From IMG/VR virus record IMGVR_UViG_3300024346_003797, positions 1 through 64,000 of that record: a stretch of DNA of 64,000 nt; one strand, written 5' to 3'. The notes under the pieces were generated by a model. That model was not told the DNA's origin. It saw nothing but the letters and a program-made list of their open reading frames with translations, and searched no databases. Positions within the stretch are counted from its first letter, which is position 1, and every line of letters begins with the position of its first letter. Shown here in pieces: positions 58,921-64,000 of this stretch. The position numbers and the translations under genes are program-made. Source of the DNA: a virus.

Positions 58921-59271
58921 TCAACCGTATTTCTTAACTTCTCTTACCGGGTCGTTAAGAACTTCAGCCATTCTGTTCTTTAAAATATATCTCTCATTCA
59001 ATATATTACGAACATGGATAGCTCTACGCCCAACTTCCTCTAAACTATACTTGTGCTCTACAGTGTACTTTTTAAAATCATCTTCTAATTCCCAGACTCT
59101 GGCATGAACATCATATAGTTTATCTAAGTCTTCCCTAATCAGATTAAGATCCAAATCTTTTAGCTGATTGGAGTAAAAATCTAATTCTTCTTTGTTATCA
59201 TTTAATTTTGCAAACTTAAGCTTGGCGATACAATATCTATCTACTAATTCAATAACTGGGAATTTATACAT
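58921..59271 (-). CDS. Helical hypothetical protein (DUF6165-like)
   Basis: ELVDRY.IAKLK...VWELED...RN..NER..LKN...EVKKY pattern. Last gene of the sugar-enzyme operon. Confidence 0.5.
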   Translation of the reverse strand: MYKFPVIELVDRYCIAKLKFAKLNDNKEELDFYSNQLKDLDLNLIREDLDKLYDVHARVWELEDDFKKYTVEHKYSLEEVGRRAIHVRNILNERYILKNRMAEVLNDPVREVKKYG

Positions 59272-60472
59272 TTTTTATTTCTACCTTTGGAAAATACTTT
59301 AAAAACAAGTCTTGCGGCTCGTTTCTTACTACCTTAATACGATTACTAATCTCAGTAAAGAAGTTCCAAGCTAATGGCATAAACAATATTTTATCTTCTT
59401 TACTATATTCTTTTAACACATCTATAGATTTTATAGGTGAATTGTGTCCCGGACTGTATAGATTATGTTTGAGTGGACTATCATCTATAATCAAATCTAA
59501 TGGTTCTTTGATATAGTTTAACAATGTGTTACCTTTAGCGGCTGCACCGTAACCCACTACCTTATAACCCTGATCCTTATATGTATTGATTACAGATTTT
59601 AATTCAAACATATTAGATTGAACTGTTTGCTCCCAATCTTTATATGTTTTTAAATCTAACAATTTGGATTCATTCTTAATAATGTTCTCTACGTTAAATG
59701 TACGTTTTTGTATTTTACTTAATACGAATATATAGCTATTCCCGTGTATCGGAGTTTTAATTACATCTATTAGATTTAAATTTGCTCTTTTAGCTAACTC
59801 ATTCATACTATTAGCATTAAAGAAATTGATATGTTCGTGGTATATAGTATCAAACTCATTGTTTAAAACCATATCTGCTTGACTAGTTTGAATGAATAAC
59901 ATAGTATGGTCACTCATTAATTCTTTAACAGTTTGCAAAAATTCTATTGGATTTGGATTATGAGCAAACACATTCTGTGCAGTAATGGCATCAAAATTAT
60001 AATGAATTTTCTCTATAATGTTTGGACCAAAGTAGTCACAAATAACATCATGTTTTGCTGAACTAGTTGGATGAATATTTTCTGCTGGATCAATGCCAAA
60101 TGTATTTAAACTATAGGGTTTAAAACAATCTAGTTGCGTACCATCATTACATCCAATATCTAATACGTTACCAGTCTGCCGGTCCATGTTTTCTACTACA
60201 TAACCTGCAAACCATTTACTATATTCTTTTAATGTTTTGCTGGTACCAGCAACGTACAAGTAATTGGAATAGATTATTTTAGGATCAACTGTATGAGTTA
60301 ATTGCAAATGACAGCAATCTTTACACAGATTAACTCCTAATGGATATGTATCTTGTTTGTATGGTTTGTCTTTTAAATTATTAGCTAAAGGTTGATTACC
60401 TAAATCTAATGAAGGTATTAAATGTGTGCCACCACAGGCTAAGCACGTTGTATTTTCTATTAGGTTATTCAT
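59264..60472 (-). CDS. NDP-sugar C-methyltransferase (TylCIII/EryBIII/TcaB9-like)
   Basis: Zn site CLAC...CKDC, LDLGNQPLAN, SAM motif DIGCNDG, NVFAH, FDTIYHEH, GYGAAAKGNTLL. Confidence 0.88.
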   Translation of the reverse strand: MNNLIENTTCLACGGTHLIPSLDLGNQPLANNLKDKPYKQDTYPLGVNLCKDCCHLQLTHTVDPKIIYSNYLYVAGTSKTLKEYSKWFAGYVVENMDRQTGNVLDIGCNDGTQLDCFKPYSLNTFGIDPAENIHPTSSAKHDVICDYFGPNIIEKIHYNFDAITAQNVFAHNPNPIEFLQTVKELMSDHTMLFIQTSQADMVLNNEFDTIYHEHINFFNANSMNELAKRANLNLIDVIKTPIHGNSYIFVLSKIQKRTFNVENIIKNESKLLDLKTYKDWEQTVQSNMFELKSVINTYKDQGYKVVGYGAAAKGNTLLNYIKEPLDLIIDDSPLKHNLYSPGHNSPIKSIDVLKEYSKEDKILFMPLAWNFFTEISNRIKVVRNEPQDLFLKYFPKVEIKNV

Positions 60473-61370
60473 ATGTTTTATATTGATTTCTGTTGCTAAA
60501 GGTCACTGTATCAATTTTGTTTACTAATTCAGTTACAATAGAGGTAGTAGTGTCATTGAACATAAAGTTATAATCTGTTTTAAACTTGTTTACGTCCATT
60601 AAAAAGTTGTAAGCATTTGGAACATCAGTAGTACGTTGTACATTAGAATGTAATACCTGACTGACATTAGATGATATGTTTTCAACGGTATCACAAAAAC
60701 TAGCTAAATTGTAAATACCAAATTTGGGTGTCTCAATAATAGTTTTTATCGCCCTAGTTAAGTCTGTAATTCCCAATATTGGTCGTTGAATATCTACATT
60801 GTTTATAGTTAAACTGTTAGTTTCAACCGATCTTTTAGTCATTGAATTAATCATTAACTCCTCTCTGACATTTGGACTCCACCCGTTAACGGTACCAAAA
60901 CGTAAACCTACAATATTATATCCTTCAGCTATAAACTTCTGTGCGTTTAAATCTAACGAGTACTTGGTTAAGTCGTAGTTATTAATCGGTTTGAATGTAA
61001 TGTGAACATCTTCTGCTAGTGGAACATCAGTTATTCCATATACGCTTCCACTACTAGCATAAATCAATAATTGTGATTTATCTAGTTTGTTTACTAAGGT
61101 GTTGAAGTTATTTACATTGTTGTTCCAACTAGAGTTAACATCACCAATACACATTTTAACCGAGCTATGGCCGGCTAATAATACAATGGTATCAAACTTA
61201 CTGAGATATTCTTTAGTAAGATTATTGTAATCGATAGTATAGCTATATTTAAAATCTTTACCATACCAGCAAAGATCCACACTTTCAATTGAGTAAGCTG
61301 AGTTTAATTCGTATATAAGTCTGGAACCAATATAACCATTCCCACCTATAATTAGAACAGATTTAGTCAT
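60465..61370 (-). CDS. NAD-dependent NDP-sugar epimerase/dehydratase/reductase (extended SDR)
   Basis: GGNGYIG, ASSGSVYG, YDLTK (YxxxK), LRFGTVNG.SP. Confidence 0.9.
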   Translation of the reverse strand: MTKSVLIIGGNGYIGSRLIYELNSAYSIESVDLCWYGKDFKYSYTIDYNNLTKEYLSKFDTIVLLAGHSSVKMCIGDVNSSWNNNVNNFNTLVNKLDKSQLLIYASSGSVYGITDVPLAEDVHITFKPINNYDLTKYSLDLNAQKFIAEGYNIVGLRFGTVNGWSPNVREELMINSMTKRSVETNSLTINNVDIQRPILGITDLTRAIKTIIETPKFGIYNLASFCDTVENISSNVSQVLHSNVQRTTDVPNAYNFLMDVNKFKTDYNFMFNDTTTSIVTELVNKIDTVTFSNRNQYKTYE

Positions 61371-61374
61371 CGAT

Positions 61375-61417
61375 TATTTAGTAAAAACTTTGGGTATGTG
61401 AAACATTTTCATAAGTA
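61375..61417. promoter_or_regulatory. Divergent late motifs CTAAATA (-, 61375-61381) and ATAAGTA (+, 61411-61417)
   Basis: 4 and 5 nt upstream of the respective ATGs; no SD on either side. Confidence 0.6.
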
Positions 61418-61422
61418 TAATA

Positions 61423-64000
61423 ATGATTAGAGATGTATTTTATTACGGTAATAAACCCAACGCACACCCAAGAGAAAAACACGCAATTGATTTAGCCGAT
61501 GCTAGAAGTCAATGCACTACTGAACATTTTTGGATAATCAACGAATATTGCGACTACACAAACTTTGATTGGGATTGGGATTTTGACTTTCTACCCGATG
61601 AAGATGTGTGGGCTGAAGAACACAACAACGTATGGCCCAGTAGCTATCAAAAAGATAGTGGTACTTGGTTATGTTCAGAACAAGACAGTCAAGTAATTAT
61701 CTATCGTGCAGATGTGGATCCTGTATCATTAAAAGATATTATATCAGGTAATTGGAAAATCATTGAAGCAATAGACATGCCATCGTTTGATTTTAAATGG
61801 CACCCTGATCCAACTGAGGATCCCTACATATACGTATTTGGTAATCAATGGTATTCTGGTATGATAATGCCTACAGTAGAATATCATGTTCCCGGGGCAA
61901 CAAATAGAAAATACCTAACAGATAAGATAGCGCAACTGTTGCCTATACCTGAACTGTTTGATACGATACATGAAACATTAGACTTTGATTATAGCTGGAG
62001 ACCAGACCCAACTAGCCCACCATATACCTATGTGTTTGGTAATACTCAGTACCCAAGTAGTGTAATGCCAACTATAGAGTACACTGTTGAGGGCGCAACT
62101 GAACGCAAGTTCATCGAACAGATTACACCTAAGCTAAAACCTCAACAACATAAGTTTAATATATTAGAAATTATAGATAGAAACAAGTTTGACTTTAGTT
62201 GGGTACCAGATCCAACTAGCCCTCCTTATATCTATGTGTTTGGTAATACTCAATACCCGGGTACTATAATGCCAACAATAGAATATACTGTTGAAGGTGC
62301 AACAGAACGTAAGTATGTAGATAATATAGTTGCACATTTATTACCAATGCAATCAGTATTCAATACGATATATGAAACATTAGACTTTGATTATAGCTGG
62401 AGACCAGATCCAACTAGCCCACCATATATCTATGTGTTTGGTAATACTCAGTATCCCGGTAATATTATGCCGACCATTGAATATGTAGTAGAAGGTGCAA
62501 CAGAACGCAAGTATATAGATGATATTGTTCCTAACTTAGCACATCAGCCACACAAGTTTAAACTACTAGAAGATATTGATACTACTAAGTTTGACTTTAG
62601 TTGGGTACCAGATCCAACTAGTCCTCCGTATATCTATGTATGGGGTAATCAATGGAATAAACCTGAGGATAAGATTAGTGTGCAGTATGTTGTTGAGGGT
62701 GCGACTGAATACAAGTATATGGAACAACGTGCTACCCGTAAAGCATGTACTGACAACTGGCAGACACCTGGTTATGTAATACAGAACAGCTTTGATTATA
62801 GTTGGGAACCTAATCCAAATGATAATCCATATATCTATCAATTTGGTACACAATGGCAAAAAACAGGCGGCCCTAAGTATATAGTAGAAGGCGCTACCGA
62901 AATCAAGTATGTAGATGTTATTAAAGCAAGTATTGTACCGTGGCAGTTTAAGAACTGGTTAATACCTAGAAATATAGAACAAACTAGTTTTGATTTTAGT
63001 TGGCATCCCGATGATACAGAACCAAACTATATCTATCAATTTGCTAGTCAATGGAGTAAATCGGGCGGCCCACGGTTCTCTATGCCAAACGCAACAGATG
63101 TTAAGTATATTGATTTTCCTATAGCAGTAGCTAAAACTGATATGACACACTGGTCTATACCTGCAGGATTAGATACTAGTGAGTTTGATTACAGTTGGCA
63201 TCCTGATATTGAAGACGAACCCTACATCTATCAGTTTGGAACACAATGGCAAAAGACAGGCGGCCCTGTATTTACTGCACCATTATGCAATGAAACAACT
63301 CCTGTCAAGTATGTTGATATAACAAAAGCAAAAATGTTACCTAATGATAGTAACTGGGTAACACATGAAAACATAGTTGATTTTGATTATAGTTGGCACC
63401 CAGACTCTACTGAACAACCCTATATCTATCAATTTGGAACACAATGGCAAAAGACAGGTGGTCCGTCATATGTAGTTGGGGGTGCTACTGAAATCAAGTA
63501 CGTAGATGTTATAACAGCAAATGTATCAGTTACAACTAAAAATTGGGTAACACATGAGGAAGTTATTGACTTTGATTACAGCTGGCATCCAGATAGTACT
63601 GAACAACCCTATATATATCAATGGGGCAATAAACATTATGGCAGTGATTTACAGCCCACAATAGAATATATTGTACCCGGTGCAACACAAATCAAACATA
63701 TGTCGCAAGATGTTAACCTATCAGTAAGTGACAAATGGATTGAACATTATGATATTGACAAAACTAAATTTGACATGTCATGGAGACCTGATCCAACTAG
63801 TCCTCCGTATATCTATATATGGGGAAATAAACACATTGCTCCTGAACTTAAATCTACCGTTGAGTACCATGTTGAAGGGGCTACTGAGATTAAATACATG
63901 CCGGAGCGATTGGCAGTGTTGCCAGAGTTTGATAGATGGCATGAAATACAGCTAGTTGATAGAACTAAGTTTGATTTGACATGGAGACCTGACCCACGTG
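61423..64000 (+). CDS. Large tandem-repeat protein (>859 aa, truncated at right edge), absent from the ORF track
   Basis: Hand translation MIRDVFYYGNKPNAHPREK... open to the window end. At least 12 copies of a ~63-68 aa unit FD[FY]SW.PDP..PPYIY.[FW]G.Q......Y.VEGATE.KY. Confidence 0.9.
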   Translation, partial: MIRDVFYYGNKPNAHPREKHAIDLADARSQCTTEHFWIINEYCDYTNFDWDWDFDFLPDEDVWAEEHNNVWPSSYQKDSGTWLCSEQDSQVIIYRADVDPVSLKDIISGNWKIIEAIDMPSFDFKWHPDPTEDPYIYVFGNQWYSGMIMPTVEYHVPGATNRKYLTDKIAQLLPIPELFDTIHETLDFDYSWRPDPTSPPYTYVFGNTQYPSSVMPTIEYTVEGATERKFIEQITPKLKPQQHKFNILEIIDRNKFDFSWVPDPTSPPYIYVFGNTQYPGTIMPTIEYTVEGATERKYVDNIVAHLLPMQSVFNTIYETLDFDYSWRPDPTSPPYIYVFGNTQYPGNIMPTIEYVVEGATERKYIDDIVPNLAHQPHKFKLLEDIDTTKFDFSWVPDPTSPPYIYVWGNQWNKPEDKISVQYVVEGATEYKYMEQRATRKACTDNWQTPGYVIQNSFDYSWEPNPNDNPYIYQFGTQWQKTGGPKYIVEGATEIKYVDVIKASIVPWQFKNWLIPRNIEQTSFDFSWHPDDTEPNYIYQFASQWSKSGGPRFSMPNATDVKYIDFPIAVAKTDMTHWSIPAGLDTSEFDYSWHPDIEDEPYIYQFGTQWQKTGGPVFTAPLCNETTPVKYVDITKAKMLPNDSNWVTHENIVDFDYSWHPDSTEQPYIYQFGTQWQKTGGPSYVVGGATEIKYVDVITANVSVTTKNWVTHEEVIDFDYSWHPDSTEQPYIYQWGNKHYGSDLQPTIEYIVPGATQIKHMSQDVNLSVSDKWIEHYDIDKTKFDMSWRPDPTSPPYIYIWGNKHIAPELKSTVEYHVEGATEIKYMPERLAVLPEFDRWHEIQLVDRTKFDLTWRPDPR

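Noticed and set aside
61960-62520. Near-identical repeats as a diversity-generating retroelement TR/VR pair
   Set aside because: Both copies are in frame in one gene, the differences I checked are mainly C/T rather than adenine-specific, and no reverse transcriptase is in the window.
1-64000. Alternative genetic code (stop-codon reassignment)
   Set aside because: Genes up to 5904 aa are intact in code 11, and TAA, TGA and TAG all end genes at sensible, coupled boundaries.

Overview
AT-rich (~35% GC by eye) segment of a large T4-like (jumbo-type) myophage genome in the standard genetic code. Left, minus strand: head module in T4 order (portal, two prohead-core-like genes, prohead protease, scaffold running off the left edge) and a tape-measure-like protein with an M15 peptidase domain. 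Next come a divergent gp26/gp51-like chaperone pair joined by a likely -1 frameshift site and a ~500-nt non-coding island containing a highly structured ~340-nt RNA candidate and two GAA-triloop hairpins. A Holliday-junction resolvase/gp46/gp47/gp55 block follows, then a long baseplate-tail operon (tube-initiator-like, gp53, hub, gp5, gp25, gp6, a 5904-aa giant, fibre proteins). The right end is a ~17-kb, apparently late-expressed glycan-tailoring locus: three GT-A-like and two GT10-like glycosyltransferases, five tandem Twitch/SPASM radical-SAM enzymes, an NDP-sugar C-methyltransferase, an SDR epimerase, and a large Trp/Pro/Tyr tandem-repeat protein running off the right edge. A late-promoter motif (A/C)TAA(A/G)TA recurs before most operons, often exactly 5 nt before an ATG (leaderless). 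Best candidates for undescribed biology: the structured ncRNA/hairpin island, the radical-SAM/glycosyltransferase locus, and the gp26-gp51 frameshift. All family assignments are from motif recognition by eye; no searches were run.
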